Shown: one piece after another, positions 24,650 to 34,832 of the stretch
Layout of the letters: every line of letters begins with the position of its first letter
Numbering within the stretch: the stretch's first letter is position 1
Position numbers and translations under genes: made by a program
The notes under the pieces: generated by a model
What the model was told of the DNA's origin: nothing
What the model saw: only the letters and a program-made list of their open reading frames with translations
Database searches by the model: none
Assembly: GCA_016781485.1 (NCBI GenBank)
Contig: JADDQH010000003.1
Location: 5,384-69,383, forward strand
From: Chloroflexota bacterium
GTDB lineage: Bacteria; Chloroflexota; Limnocylindria; Limnocylindrales; CSP1-4
Direction: 5' to 3'
DNA length: 64,000 bases

Positions 24650-26089
24650 ATGTACGACCTTGTCGAGGCGGCCGTCCAGGCCGCGGTGGATGGCGGCGCA
24701 CGGTATGCGGACGCGCGGGTCATGGAGACGCGCGCCGAATCGATGTCGGCCCGCAACGGCGTGGTCGAGGCGCTCGACCGGCAGCAGAGCGCTGGCATCG
24801 GCGTCCGTGCCCTCATCGGCTCGTCCTGGGGCTTCTTCGCCGTCGCCGACCTCGGGGCCGAAGCGGCGCGGCGCGCTGGCGAGCAGGCTGCGAGCGTCGC
24901 GCGAGCGTCGGCACGGGTGTCGGGCAGAGAGCTTCTTCTCGCGGCGGCAACACCGGTGACCGGGAGCTGGGCGAGCGAGTGCCGCGAGGATCCGTGGGCC
25001 GTGACGCTCGCGGAGAAGGGCGACCGACTCGAGAGCGTCACGCGGACGATGCTCGCGCACGGAGCCGATCTTGCGGAGGCGAGCCATCGCATCTGGGATA
25101 CCCGCAAGTGGCTCTTCAGCAGCGAGGGTCATCGCGTCGACCAACACATCGTCGAGTGCGGGGCGGCGATGAGCGCGACCGCCGTGGGTGAGAACGAGAC
25201 CCAGCGTCGCTCGTATCCGGGGATCCGGGGCCAGTACGGGACGCGCGGCTGGGAGCTCGTCCGCGAGCTCGACCTTCCCGCCAACGCGCCCCGGATCGCG
25301 GAGGAGGCGCGCGCTCTGCTGACCGCTCCCGCGTGTCCCGCACTCGACGCCACGGACCTCATCCTCGGCAGCGAGCAGATGGCGCTCCAGATCCACGAGT
25401 CCGTGGGGCACGCCGTCGAGCTGGACCGGATCCTCGGGTGGGAGGCGGCGTTCGCGGGCACGTCCTGGCTCGACCTGGCGCAGATGGGGAGCCTCCGGTT
25501 CGGCTCCGGGCGGATGAACATCACCGCCGACGCGACCCTCCCCGGCGCTCTCGGTAGCTTCGGGTACGACGACGAGGGGACGCCGGCGCACGCGGTCGAC
25601 ATCGTCCGCGACGGGATCTGGGTCGGTGTCCTCTCCGGCCGGGATTCGGCGGCGCTCGCCGGCATCGATTCCGGTGGGGCCGTCCGTGCCGCCGGGTTCA
25701 ACCGGATCCCGATGGTCCGGATGACGAACGTAGGCCTGCTGCCGGGCGACAACAGCCTCGAGGAGATGATCGCGGCGACCGACGACGGTGTACTCATGGA
25801 CACGAACCGCTCGTGGTCGATCGACGACAAGCGGCTGAATTTCCAGTTCGGCTGCGAGATCGGATGGGAGATCAAGGGCGGCAAGCGCGGGCGCATGCTC
25901 CGGAATCCGACGTACACCGGTATCAGCCCGCGCTTCTGGGGCTCGATGGACATGGTCGGGAACCGGTCCGAGTGGACGTTCTGGGGTACCCCCAATTGCG
26001 GCAAGGGGCAACCGATGCAGGTCGGCCACACCGGACACCCTGCCGTCCCCGCGCGGTTCCGTGGCATCCGGGTGGGGGTGAGCGGATGA
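24650..26089 (+). CDS. tldD: TldD metalloprotease
   Basis: HESVGH (HExxxH), YDDEG, RMTN, CGKGQP. Confidence 0.9.
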   Translation: MYDLVEAAVQAAVDGGARYADARVMETRAESMSARNGVVEALDRQQSAGIGVRALIGSSWGFFAVADLGAEAARRAGEQAASVARASARVSGRELLLAAATPVTGSWASECREDPWAVTLAEKGDRLESVTRTMLAHGADLAEASHRIWDTRKWLFSSEGHRVDQHIVECGAAMSATAVGENETQRRSYPGIRGQYGTRGWELVRELDLPANAPRIAEEARALLTAPACPALDATDLILGSEQMALQIHESVGHAVELDRILGWEAAFAGTSWLDLAQMGSLRFGSGRMNITADATLPGALGSFGYDDEGTPAHAVDIVRDGIWVGVLSGRDSAALAGIDSGGAVRAAGFNRIPMVRMTNVGLLPGDNSLEEMIAATDDGVLMDTNRSWSIDDKRLNFQFGCEIGWEIKGGKRGRMLRNPTYTGISPRFWGSMDMVGNRSEWTFWGTPNCGKGQPMQVGHTGHPAVPARFRGIRVGVSG

Positions 26090-27465
26090 TCGAAGGGCCG
26101 ACATCGACCGAGTCACGGACGGGCGCCGCCGACCCGGTGGAGGTCGCCGAGCGCGCCCTCGAGATCATCCGCGCGAAGGCGCCCGAAGCGGAGGCGGAGG
26201 CGATCGTCGGGTCCGGCACCGAAGCACTGACGCGGTTCGCGAACAGCGTCATCCACCAGAACGTTGCCGAAGAGACGAGCCACATCGCGTTGCGGATCGC
26301 GATCGACGGACGGACGGCGTCGTCGAGCCTGGACGGGCCGCCAGACGGTGAGGCACTGGACAGGCTTGTCGATCACGTCCTGGAAGCGGCTCGCGTCCGG
26401 CCCCCCGATCCGGACTGGCCTGGCCTTGCTCCGCCCGCACCGGTACCTCCTGTCGATCACTGGGACCAAGCGACAGCTCACGCCTCCCCCGACGATCGGG
26501 CGACGCGTATCGCGGACTTCGTGGACGCGGCGGGCGGGCTGGAGACGGCAGGAACGTGCCTGACCAAGGCGTCCGTCGTCGCCTTCGCGAACAGCGCGGG
26601 ACAGAGATCGAGCGGCAGGACGACGGTCGCCGCCCTCGACGGGATCGCGCGGACAGGCACGTCGGACGGTAGCGCACGAGCGGCCTCGCACCGCGTCGCG
26701 GCATTCGACGGCCGGCTGCTCGGCGAGCGCGCGGCGCAGAAGGCCCGCGCGGCGGCGGATCCGACCGACCTCGAGCCAGGTCGTTACGAGGTGATCCTCG
26801 AGGCCCAGTGCGTGGCGAACGTCCTGCAGTTCCTGTTCATCTACGGGTTCAACGGACGCGCGGTCGAGGAGGGACGCTCGTTCGTCCGCGTCGGCGAGAC
26901 CCAGTTCGACCCAGCGGTCACACTCAGGGACGACCCCACCGACCCCGAGACCGTCGGGGTCGCGTTCGATGCCGAGGGGACGCCCAAGCGCCCGCTCCAC
27001 GTCGTTCGCCACGGCGTCACTTCCGCCGTGCTCCACACGCGCCGAACAGCAGCGAAGGCCGGCGTCGCAAGCACGGGACACGCGATCGAGGGTGCCGATG
27101 AGTGGGGGGCGTTGCCGTCGAACGTCGTGCTGGAGGCCGGCGACCGCTCGCAGGACGAGCTGATCTCCGGTGTCGAGCGGGGGCTTCTCGTGACCGATCT
27201 GTGGTACACCCGGATCCTCGACCCGCGGACACAGGTCGTCACCGGGCTGACACGGAACGGCGTCTGGCTCATCGAGGGCGGGCGGATCGCTCGACCCGTG
27301 CGCAACCTTCGTTTCACGCAGTCGTTCCACGAGGCGCTCGCGCCCGGCGCGGTCCGCGCGGTCGGCTCCGACCGATCGCTCGTGCTCGGCGGCTTCGAGG
27401 GCTCATATCTGGTCCCGAGCCTTCACCTCGCGTCCTGGAACTTCACCGGAGGCGCGTCCGGCTGA
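26086..27465 (+). CDS. TldE/PmbA partner protein
   Basis: TRFANSVIHQN, FDAEG, STGHA, TGLTR; ATGA-coupled to tldD. Confidence 0.85.
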   Translation: MIEGPTSTESRTGAADPVEVAERALEIIRAKAPEAEAEAIVGSGTEALTRFANSVIHQNVAEETSHIALRIAIDGRTASSSLDGPPDGEALDRLVDHVLEAARVRPPDPDWPGLAPPAPVPPVDHWDQATAHASPDDRATRIADFVDAAGGLETAGTCLTKASVVAFANSAGQRSSGRTTVAALDGIARTGTSDGSARAASHRVAAFDGRLLGERAAQKARAAADPTDLEPGRYEVILEAQCVANVLQFLFIYGFNGRAVEEGRSFVRVGETQFDPAVTLRDDPTDPETVGVAFDAEGTPKRPLHVVRHGVTSAVLHTRRTAAKAGVASTGHAIEGADEWGALPSNVVLEAGDRSQDELISGVERGLLVTDLWYTRILDPRTQVVTGLTRNGVWLIEGGRIARPVRNLRFTQSFHEALAPGAVRAVGSDRSLVLGGFEGSYLVPSLHLASWNFTGGASG

Positions 27466-27474
27466 TCGCTCGCG

Positions 27475-28770
27475 TCAGTCGTCACGCCGGGTCGGGTCGA
27501 CCGGGCGCAGGCAGAGCGCGGCGAGGGCGAAGAACACGAGCGTCAACGCGAACGCGGCACGCGGACCGGCTCCGAAGTCACGGGCGCCGACACCATCGAG
27601 GATCAGGCCGCCGACGACCAGTCCCAGCGGACCGGCAAGCGCTGTCGCGACGTTCGAGATCCCCATGTACCTGCCGGAGGTCGCCTTGGGGATGATGTCG
27701 GTCATCAGCGCCCAGTCGACGGCGAGGAATGCGCCCGCAGAGATGCCGACCGCCACGAGTCCCGCGACGGCGACCTCGAGCGAAGGTGCCAGCGTCACCA
27801 CCAGCGTGCCGAGCGCGCCGACGACGCACGCGAGGTAAATCACGTTCTTGCGGCCGACGCGATCCGAGAGGCGCGCCGCCGGGAACGTCGCGAGGGCGGT
27901 CGTCGCTCCGACGATGACGAGGATCAGGAACAGCGAGCCCGCGGCCTGCTCGTCCGAGAAGCCGAGCGACCGCTGCAGGTAGTAGAGCGCGAAGCCCGTG
28001 ATGACGGCGGGTGCCGCCAGGAAGAACAGTCGCGACAGCAGCAGCCAGACGTAGCTACGCTGGTCGAGGATGTCGAGCGCCCACGCGGAGGCCGCGATGC
28101 GGGTCCACGAGCGCCCCTCTCGCGGCGGCCCGCTCCGACCCTCGTTCACGAAAGCGACGAGCACGAGCGCGGTCGCGACTTCGATCAGCCCGAGTCCGAC
28201 GGTCGGCCAGAAGAAGTCCGCTCGGGCGAGACCGGCCGTGGCAAGGCCTACGCCCACCATCTGGCCGAGGATGATCATGAGCCCCATCAACCCGCTCGCG
28301 AGGCCGACCTGTCGCGGCGGGACCAGATCAGGGACGTAGCCCTGGAACGGCCCCTGGGCAACGTTCGAAGAGAACTGCAGTAGCACGACGAAGGCGAGCA
28401 GCGCGAGGTACGTCTGCGATGTCGCGATCCCGAGAAGGAAGACGACGTCCAGGAGCCCGCCGATGATGATGTACGGCTTCCGCCTCCCCCACCTCGTGAC
28501 CGTGTAGTCGGAGATCGCCCCGACCGTCGGCTGGACTGCGATCGCGACGGCCATGCCGGCGGCCGTGATGACGCCGAGCGCCGTCCCTGACGTCCCGGTC
28601 CCGACGATGTCCACGAGGCGCCGCGGCAGGATGACGTCGTTGAGGCCGGCCCAGATCGCGTTGATCCCCAGCCAGTAGACGGACAGGTTGACGAGATGCA
28701 GCAGCGGCAGCGTACGGGTCGGCCTCCCTGCCGCCGCAGCCGTCGCCGCCGCGCGTTCCGCGATCGCCAT
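27475..28770 (-). CDS. MFS transporter (sugar/GPH-like)
   Basis: GAISD..WGRRKP, SDRVGRK; about 12 TM segments. Confidence 0.85.
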   Translation of the reverse strand: MAIAERAAATAAAAGRPTRTLPLLHLVNLSVYWLGINAIWAGLNDVILPRRLVDIVGTGTSGTALGVITAAGMAVAIAVQPTVGAISDYTVTRWGRRKPYIIIGGLLDVVFLLGIATSQTYLALLAFVVLLQFSSNVAQGPFQGYVPDLVPPRQVGLASGLMGLMIILGQMVGVGLATAGLARADFFWPTVGLGLIEVATALVLVAFVNEGRSGPPREGRSWTRIAASAWALDILDQRSYVWLLLSRLFFLAAPAVITGFALYYLQRSLGFSDEQAAGSLFLILVIVGATTALATFPAARLSDRVGRKNVIYLACVVGALGTLVVTLAPSLEVAVAGLVAVGISAGAFLAVDWALMTDIIPKATSGRYMGISNVATALAGPLGLVVGGLILDGVGARDFGAGPRAAFALTLVFFALAALCLRPVDPTRRDD

Positions 28771-29032
28771 GGCGCATTCTCACCCGTCCGTACCGAGATC
28801 CGTTGGCCCCATTCCAGCAACGGATGATCCGAGGGCCGAGCGACGAGTCCGCCGTCGCCACGACCGAGCGGCCGCCGTGATCGACGGCCTTGCCCGCCTA
28901 GGGGTGTGCTACGAGGAGCCGCGGTCGCTCATGAGTCCGGCTCGCCGCGCGGGAACGAGGACGCATCGCGAGCTTGCCGCGGCGCCGACGGGGTCCCGCG
29001 GCGGGGGGCGAGGTGGACGAGGGGGCCGCCGG

Positions 29033-30169
29033 TTACGCGGCGCCGGCGCGGATCGACGAGGAGCCCGGTCGCTCCATCACGCCACCGCCGCGCCCGTGGA
29101 CGAGGAGCGCGGTCGGCGGGAAAGTCGTGACAGGGACGAAGGCGGCGCCACGCCGCTCGATCTCGTCCAGCAGCAGCGGCACGAGGTCGGGGTCGAACTG
29201 CCGTCCCGCGTGTCGCACCAGCTCGTCGAGTCCCTGCTCCACCGGCAGCGCGGCGCGGTACGGCCGGTCGTGCGTCATCGCATCGAACGCATCGACAAGC
29301 GAGACGATGCGGGCACCCAGCGGGGTCTGCTCCCCACGAAGGCCGTCCGGATAGCCGCTGCCGTCCCAGTGCTCATGGTGGTGGCGGACGATGGGCAGCA
29401 ACGTGGGTGACGCCTCGAGTGGTCGGCAGATCCGCTCGCCGATCTCGGGGTGGCGGCGCATCACCGTCTGCTCTTCTTCGGTCAGCGGCCCGGGCTTGTT
29501 CAGGAACGCCTCAGGCACCCCGATCTTCCCGACGTCGTGCAGCAGAGCCCCGTACGCCACGCCTTCGAGATCGATCGTGTCGAGGCCCGCGCGCGTGCCG
29601 ACCCGCGCTGCGAGATGCGCCAGTCGCTGGCAGTGATGCTCCGTCATCGGGTCCTTCGCTTCGACCGCGTTGGCGAGAGCAGCCGCGACAGTGTGCGCAG
29701 TCTCCATCCGCGTGATCGCCTGTCGAAGGCGGAACGCACTCCGGATCCGAGCGAGCAGCTCCGGTTGCTGGAACGGCTTGGTCACGAAGTCGTCGGCGCC
29801 CGCATCAAGACCGGCGACGATGTCGTTCAGGTCGGTCCGGCCGCTGATGAGGATCACCGGGAGCGTCGCCGTCCGCGAGTCCTTCCGCAGGCGTCGACAG
29901 ACCTCGTATCCGTCCATGCGGGGCATCGTGACATCCAGGAGCACGAGATCCGGGTCGTGCTCCGGGATCGCGCGCAGTGCGCTGTCACCGTCTGCGACCG
30001 ATACGGCGCGGTAGCCCTCTCGTTCCAGGATGCGCGTCAGGAGCAGGCGATTGCTCGCCTCGTCTTCCACGACGAGGACAAGAGGGCCGGAACGGCGGGG
30101 CTCGAGTGGATGACCCAAGGGGTGTTCCTCGGCGTACTGGGCTCGCCGGAGATCCGGCAACGTCCGCAT
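29033..30169 (-). CDS. Response regulator with HD-GYP phosphodiesterase domain
   Basis: REC domain (VEDE, LLDVTMP, KPF); HDVGKIG, HHEHWDGSGYP. Start uncertain. Confidence 0.88.
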   Translation of the reverse strand: MRTLPDLRRAQYAEEHPLGHPLEPRRSGPLVLVVEDEASNRLLLTRILEREGYRAVSVADGDSALRAIPEHDPDLVLLDVTMPRMDGYEVCRRLRKDSRTATLPVILISGRTDLNDIVAGLDAGADDFVTKPFQQPELLARIRSAFRLRQAITRMETAHTVAAALANAVEAKDPMTEHHCQRLAHLAARVGTRAGLDTIDLEGVAYGALLHDVGKIGVPEAFLNKPGPLTEEEQTVMRRHPEIGERICRPLEASPTLLPIVRHHHEHWDGSGYPDGLRGEQTPLGARIVSLVDAFDAMTHDRPYRAALPVEQGLDELVRHAGRQFDPDLVPLLLDEIERRGAAFVPVTTFPPTALLVHGRGGGVMERPGSSSIRAGAA

Positions 30170-30374
30170 ATCTTTCGTGGTGGATGGGATGTGGAAAAGT
30201 CGGACGTTTGCACTAGGACTGCGCAGTACTTTCGAGCCAGACGCCGCTTCGGGCCGGGTGAGGATCCGTGGACGAACAGGACCATCGGGGACGGCGGTAC
30301 GGAATAAAGGGGGGTGTGCTGCGGAACCGCACCGGACCAGACTCCACCCGCCGATACCGAATCCGGGGAGCACG

Positions 30375-32129
30375 ATGATCCGAGTCCGCTCGCGCCCGCT
30401 GGCGCTGACCGCCATTGTCCTGGCCGCGGTCCTTACCGCGCCGTCCGGCGTTCTCGCCCTCGGTCCCACCGCTACCCCGCTTCCGGCCGACGGCGGTGCA
30501 GGGCGCTCCTTCAGCCCGGATCCCTACCCGACGCGAACGCTGACGCCCGCGTCCTCCGGGATCGACGCTGCGCGTGGCCGCGCCGAGACCGGCGAAGTGA
30601 CCATCGAAGCGACGACGAGCCAGTTCCCTCCGGGCGACGAGCGGTACCACACGTACGCCGAGATGAGCGCCGAGACCGCCGCGCTTGCCGCCGCGCATCC
30701 GCGGATCGTGAAGCGGTTCAGCATCGGCAAGTCGTACCAGGGACGCGAGCTGTGGGCCGCCAAGGTCAGTGACAACGTCCTGGTCGACGAGAACGAGCCG
30801 GAGGTGCTGTTCCAGGGGCTGCAGCACGGCGACGAGCACATGGCGCTCGAGATGACGCTGTACATCTTCAACCAGCTCGTGAAAGGCTATGCCGCTGGCG
30901 ATGCGCGCATCAGGAACATCGTGAACAACCGCGAGGTCTGGATCGTGTTCGCGCTGAATCCGGACGGCGCCGAGTACGACATCGCCGGCGGCTACTACCA
31001 CGGCTGGCGCAAGAACCGGCAGCCCACGCCCGGCTCGAGCCACATCGGCACCGACGTGAACCGCAACTTCCCGTACCACTGGGGTTGCTGCGGCGGCTCC
31101 AGCGGTGACCCATCGAGCTCCCGCTACCGCGGTCCGTCACCGCTCTCCACGCCGGAGGCGCTGGCGCTGAAGCGGTTCGTCACGAGTCGCATCGTGGGCG
31201 GGGGGCAGCAGATCCGGACGGCGATCGACTTCCATACGTACGGCCATCTCGTCTTGTGGCAGTACGGCTACACGAAGACCGACGTGCCGTACGACATGAC
31301 GAGGGCCGACCACGACGCCCTTGTCGCGATGGGAACGCACATGGCCAGCACGAACGGCTACACCGCCGGACAGGGAGCCGATCTGCTGTATCTCACCGAC
31401 GGATCCGCGACGATGTACCTGTACGGGGTCCACCGGATCTTCGTCTACACCTTCGAGCTCGACACGCACGACTATCCGGCGGACGAAACGATCGCCACGG
31501 AGACCGCCTCGAACCGCGAAGCCGCTCTGTATCTCATGGAGCAGGCAGGATGCCCGTACCGCGCCAGCGGGAAGGCGGCGCAGAACTGCGGGCCGCTCTA
31601 CGAGGACTTCGAGATCGGGCGCGGGTGGCGGATGGACCCGTACGGGACCGACACCGCGACGATGGGCCGGTTCGAGCGGGGCAACCCGCAGTGGACGAGC
31701 TCGAACGGCTACAAGCAGCGCGGCACTACGATCTCGGGCAGCGTCGACCTTGTCACCGGCCGGCTCGCAGGCTCGTCCGTGGGCACGTTCGACGTCGACG
31801 GTGGCGTCACGTCCGCGCTCTCTCCCGTGATCACACTGCCGGCGGGGAGCAGCTACACGCTCTCGTTCCGCTACTACTTCGCACACTCGCAACTGGGCTC
31901 CAGCGCCGACTACTTCCGGGTCAGCGTCGTCCGCGCTGATGGTTCGAGGAGTCGCGCGTTCCAGCGCCAGGGGTCGCTGAAGGATGTGGACGCGGCCTGG
32001 GCGACGGCGGGCATCGACCTGAGCACGTTCGCAGGACAGAAGGTGCGCCTGCTGTTCGAGGCGGCGGACAGCGGCACGAACAGCCTGATCGAGGCCGCCG
32101 TCGACGACGTGCGGGTCACGCGGCCGTGA
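30375..32129 (+). CDS. Secreted M14 carboxypeptidase T-like protein, paralog 1
   Basis: Signal peptide; HGDE, WRKNR, NRNF, FHTYG, TFEL; C-terminal beta domain. Confidence 0.88.
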   Translation: MIRVRSRPLALTAIVLAAVLTAPSGVLALGPTATPLPADGGAGRSFSPDPYPTRTLTPASSGIDAARGRAETGEVTIEATTSQFPPGDERYHTYAEMSAETAALAAAHPRIVKRFSIGKSYQGRELWAAKVSDNVLVDENEPEVLFQGLQHGDEHMALEMTLYIFNQLVKGYAAGDARIRNIVNNREVWIVFALNPDGAEYDIAGGYYHGWRKNRQPTPGSSHIGTDVNRNFPYHWGCCGGSSGDPSSSRYRGPSPLSTPEALALKRFVTSRIVGGGQQIRTAIDFHTYGHLVLWQYGYTKTDVPYDMTRADHDALVAMGTHMASTNGYTAGQGADLLYLTDGSATMYLYGVHRIFVYTFELDTHDYPADETIATETASNREAALYLMEQAGCPYRASGKAAQNCGPLYEDFEIGRGWRMDPYGTDTATMGRFERGNPQWTSSNGYKQRGTTISGSVDLVTGRLAGSSVGTFDVDGGVTSALSPVITLPAGSSYTLSFRYYFAHSQLGSSADYFRVSVVRADGSRSRAFQRQGSLKDVDAAWATAGIDLSTFAGQKVRLLFEAADSGTNSLIEAAVDDVRVTRP

Positions 32130-33808
32130 ACCGCGCTCGGAGCGGCCGGCAGCAGGATGCCGGAGACGCACTCCCTGCTGTCCACCCCTCGCGGCGCCGG
32201 ACGTTCGCGCCGGCGTTGCTCATCGCCCTGGCCGTGACGCTCCTGACACCGCCGAGCCCGTCCGCGACCGCCGCTGCAGCCGATTTCCCGCCCGGCTTCG
32301 AGGGCTATCACACCTACTCGGAGATGGCGACCCATCTCGCGGACGTCGCTGCCGCGCGTCCCGGGATCGTCCGCCGGTTCAGTATCGGGAAGTCGTACCA
32401 GGGGCGGGACATCTGGGCGGTCAAGGTGAGTGACAACGTGGGGACCGACGAAAACGAGCCGGAGGTGCTGTTCGACGGCAACACGCACGCGCGCGAGCAC
32501 ATCACCGGCGAGATGGCGATCTACCTGCTGGACATGCTCGTGCGGGGCTACGTGAACGGCGACGCACGCGTCAGGCGGGTCGTGAACACGCGAGAGATCT
32601 TCATCGTTCCGATGGTGAACCCGGACGGCGTGCAGTACGACATCTCCGGCGGGGTGTTCCACTACTGGCGGAAGAACCGTCAGCCGAACGCGGCTACCAC
32701 GGCCGTCGGAACGGACATCAACCGCAACTACGGCTACCACTGGGGCTGCTGCAACGGCTCCAGCACGAGCCCTTCGAGCAGCCAGTACCGCGGCCCGAGT
32801 GCGTGGTCGACGCACGAAGCGCGCGCCCTCCGGGATTTCATCAACCGACGGGTGGTCGGCGGTCGGCAACAGATCAGGGCCGCGATCAGCTTCCACAGTG
32901 CGGGCGAGCAGGTCCTGTGGCCGTACGGGTACACGTTCACGGATGTTCCGGGCGACATGACGACCGAGGATCACACCGCGCTCGTCGCGCTCGCTCGCGG
33001 CATGGCCGCCGACAGCGACTACACCGCGATGCAGTCGAGCGGCCTCTACGTCACCGACGGCGATTACATCGACTGGGCATACGGGATCCACCGGATCTTC
33101 GCCTACACCTTCGAGCTCTACCCGCCGGTGACGAGCGACCCCGATCGGCACTACCCCGACGACTCGCTCGTCCCCCGCGAGACCTCCCGCAACAGGAGCG
33201 CGGTGCTACGGCTGCTCGAGAACGCCGATTGCCCCTACCGGGCATCCGGGCGTGCTCTCCTCGACTGCGGCCCGCTCTACGACGACTTCGAGATCGCCCG
33301 CGGCTGGCGCATGAACCCGAGCGGTACCGACACGGCGACGGCGGGACGCTTCGAGCGAGGGAACCCGGAGACGACCTCGTCGTCGGGGTACAAGCAGCTG
33401 GGCACGGCCGCGAGTGGCAGCCTCGACCTCGTGACCGGGCGCCTGGCCGGAGCGTCGGTCGGGACGCACGACGTGGACGGTGGGAAGACCTCCGCGATGT
33501 CACCCTCGATCACCCTCAGTGGTGGCTCGACCTTCCAGCTCCGGTTCCGCTACTACTTCGCGCATTCGTCCCTGTCCTCGACCGCCGACTACCTTCGCGT
33601 GAAGGTCGTGACCTCCTCGGGTGCGACGAGGACGGTCTTCCAGGAGTTCGGCTCCGCGGTGGATGACGACGCCGCGTGGACGAGCCGAAGCATCGACCTC
33701 GACGCATACGCCGGCCAGAGCGTCCGACTCCTCGTCGAGGTGGCCGACGGAAGCACGAACAGCCTCGTCGAGGTGGCGATCGACGACGTGCGGGTGACAC
33801 GGGAGTAG
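32126..33808 (+). CDS. Secreted M14 carboxypeptidase T-like protein, paralog 2
   Basis: HARE, WRKNR, NRNY, FHSAG, TFELYP; collinear with paralog 1. Confidence 0.9.
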   Translation: MNRARSGRQQDAGDALPAVHPSRRRTFAPALLIALAVTLLTPPSPSATAAAADFPPGFEGYHTYSEMATHLADVAAARPGIVRRFSIGKSYQGRDIWAVKVSDNVGTDENEPEVLFDGNTHAREHITGEMAIYLLDMLVRGYVNGDARVRRVVNTREIFIVPMVNPDGVQYDISGGVFHYWRKNRQPNAATTAVGTDINRNYGYHWGCCNGSSTSPSSSQYRGPSAWSTHEARALRDFINRRVVGGRQQIRAAISFHSAGEQVLWPYGYTFTDVPGDMTTEDHTALVALARGMAADSDYTAMQSSGLYVTDGDYIDWAYGIHRIFAYTFELYPPVTSDPDRHYPDDSLVPRETSRNRSAVLRLLENADCPYRASGRALLDCGPLYDDFEIARGWRMNPSGTDTATAGRFERGNPETTSSSGYKQLGTAASGSLDLVTGRLAGASVGTHDVDGGKTSAMSPSITLSGGSTFQLRFRYYFAHSSLSSTADYLRVKVVTSSGATRTVFQEFGSAVDDDAAWTSRSIDLDAYAGQSVRLLVEVADGSTNSLVEVAIDDVRVTRE

Positions 33809-33839
33809 CGGCGGCCGCTCGGCGGCTGTGTTGCTGCCC

Positions 33840-34832
33840 TCAGGGGAAGGCGGCCACCGCCGCGACGAGCAGCTCGACGAACCGTTCTCGGTCGATGCGG
33901 ACGCCGACCTCCGCGTTCGGGGCCAGGCGTTCCTGATCGGCTGGATCGACCAGCTCGACGATCGTCCGCCCTCGGCTCGACTCGTCGCCGGTCTCGACCT
34001 CCACGCGTGCCGAGCGCGTCTCGACGAGGCCGAGGTCCAGGACATGGGCCACCGCCACGGCGTCGTGGATCGGCGATCCTTCCCAGCCGTAGCGGTCGGC
34101 GTGGAAGCGGGCGAAGTACCGGAGCAGGTCGGCGAACACAGCGCCCGTCCGGGTCGCCAGCGACCGCAGACGCTCTGCGTCGGCGAGGGTGAACAGCGCC
34201 TGATGGGTGACGTCGAGCCCGATCATCGTGACCGGGCGTCCGGACGCGAAGACGCGCGCGGCCGCCTCGGGGTCCTGCCAGATGTTGAATTCCGCGGCGG
34301 GTGTGATGTTCCCCTCCCCGATCGCACCGCCCATGACGCAGATGTGCGCTATCCGGCCGGCGAGCGTCGGGTATGCGTCGAGGAACATGGCCACGTTGGT
34401 CAGCGGCCCGACCGGGACCAGAGTGACGGCCTCCGAGCTCGCTCCGATCAGGTGAGCCATCAGCTCGACGGCACCCTCGGGCCAGGGATCGATCGCCGGG
34501 ACGGGTAGCTCCGCTCCCTCGAGACCGCTCTCGCCGTGAACGTGATCGGCGACCTGGAGCGAGCGCCGGAGCGGCCGATCGGCGCCCGCGCCGACGGGGA
34601 TGTCAGTGCGGCCCGCCAACGTCAGTACCGCGAGGGCGTTGCGGGTCGTGTGCGCGAGCGTGGCATTCCCCGCCACGGTCGTGACGCCCAGCAGGCGCAC
34701 CTCGGGACGGGCGAGCGCGAGGAGCATCGCGAGCGCGTCGTCGTGCCCCGGGTCACAGTCGAGGATGATCGCCGTGCGCCGCCTCCCGCCGGCGGCGTCG
34801 GCGGCAGGACCTGCTGGAACGACGGGCCTCAC
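33840..34832 (-). CDS. Nucleoside hydrolase (IU-NH family)
   Basis: DCDPGHDD, VHGESGL, GPLTN, AEFNIWQDPEAA, HDA. Confidence 0.92.
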   Translation of the reverse strand: MRPVVPAGPAADAAGGRRRTAIILDCDPGHDDALAMLLALARPEVRLLGVTTVAGNATLAHTTRNALAVLTLAGRTDIPVGAGADRPLRRSLQVADHVHGESGLEGAELPVPAIDPWPEGAVELMAHLIGASSEAVTLVPVGPLTNVAMFLDAYPTLAGRIAHICVMGGAIGEGNITPAAEFNIWQDPEAAARVFASGRPVTMIGLDVTHQALFTLADAERLRSLATRTGAVFADLLRYFARFHADRYGWEGSPIHDAVAVAHVLDLGLVETRSARVEVETGDESSRGRTIVELVDPADQERLAPNAEVGVRIDRERFVELLVAAVAAFP

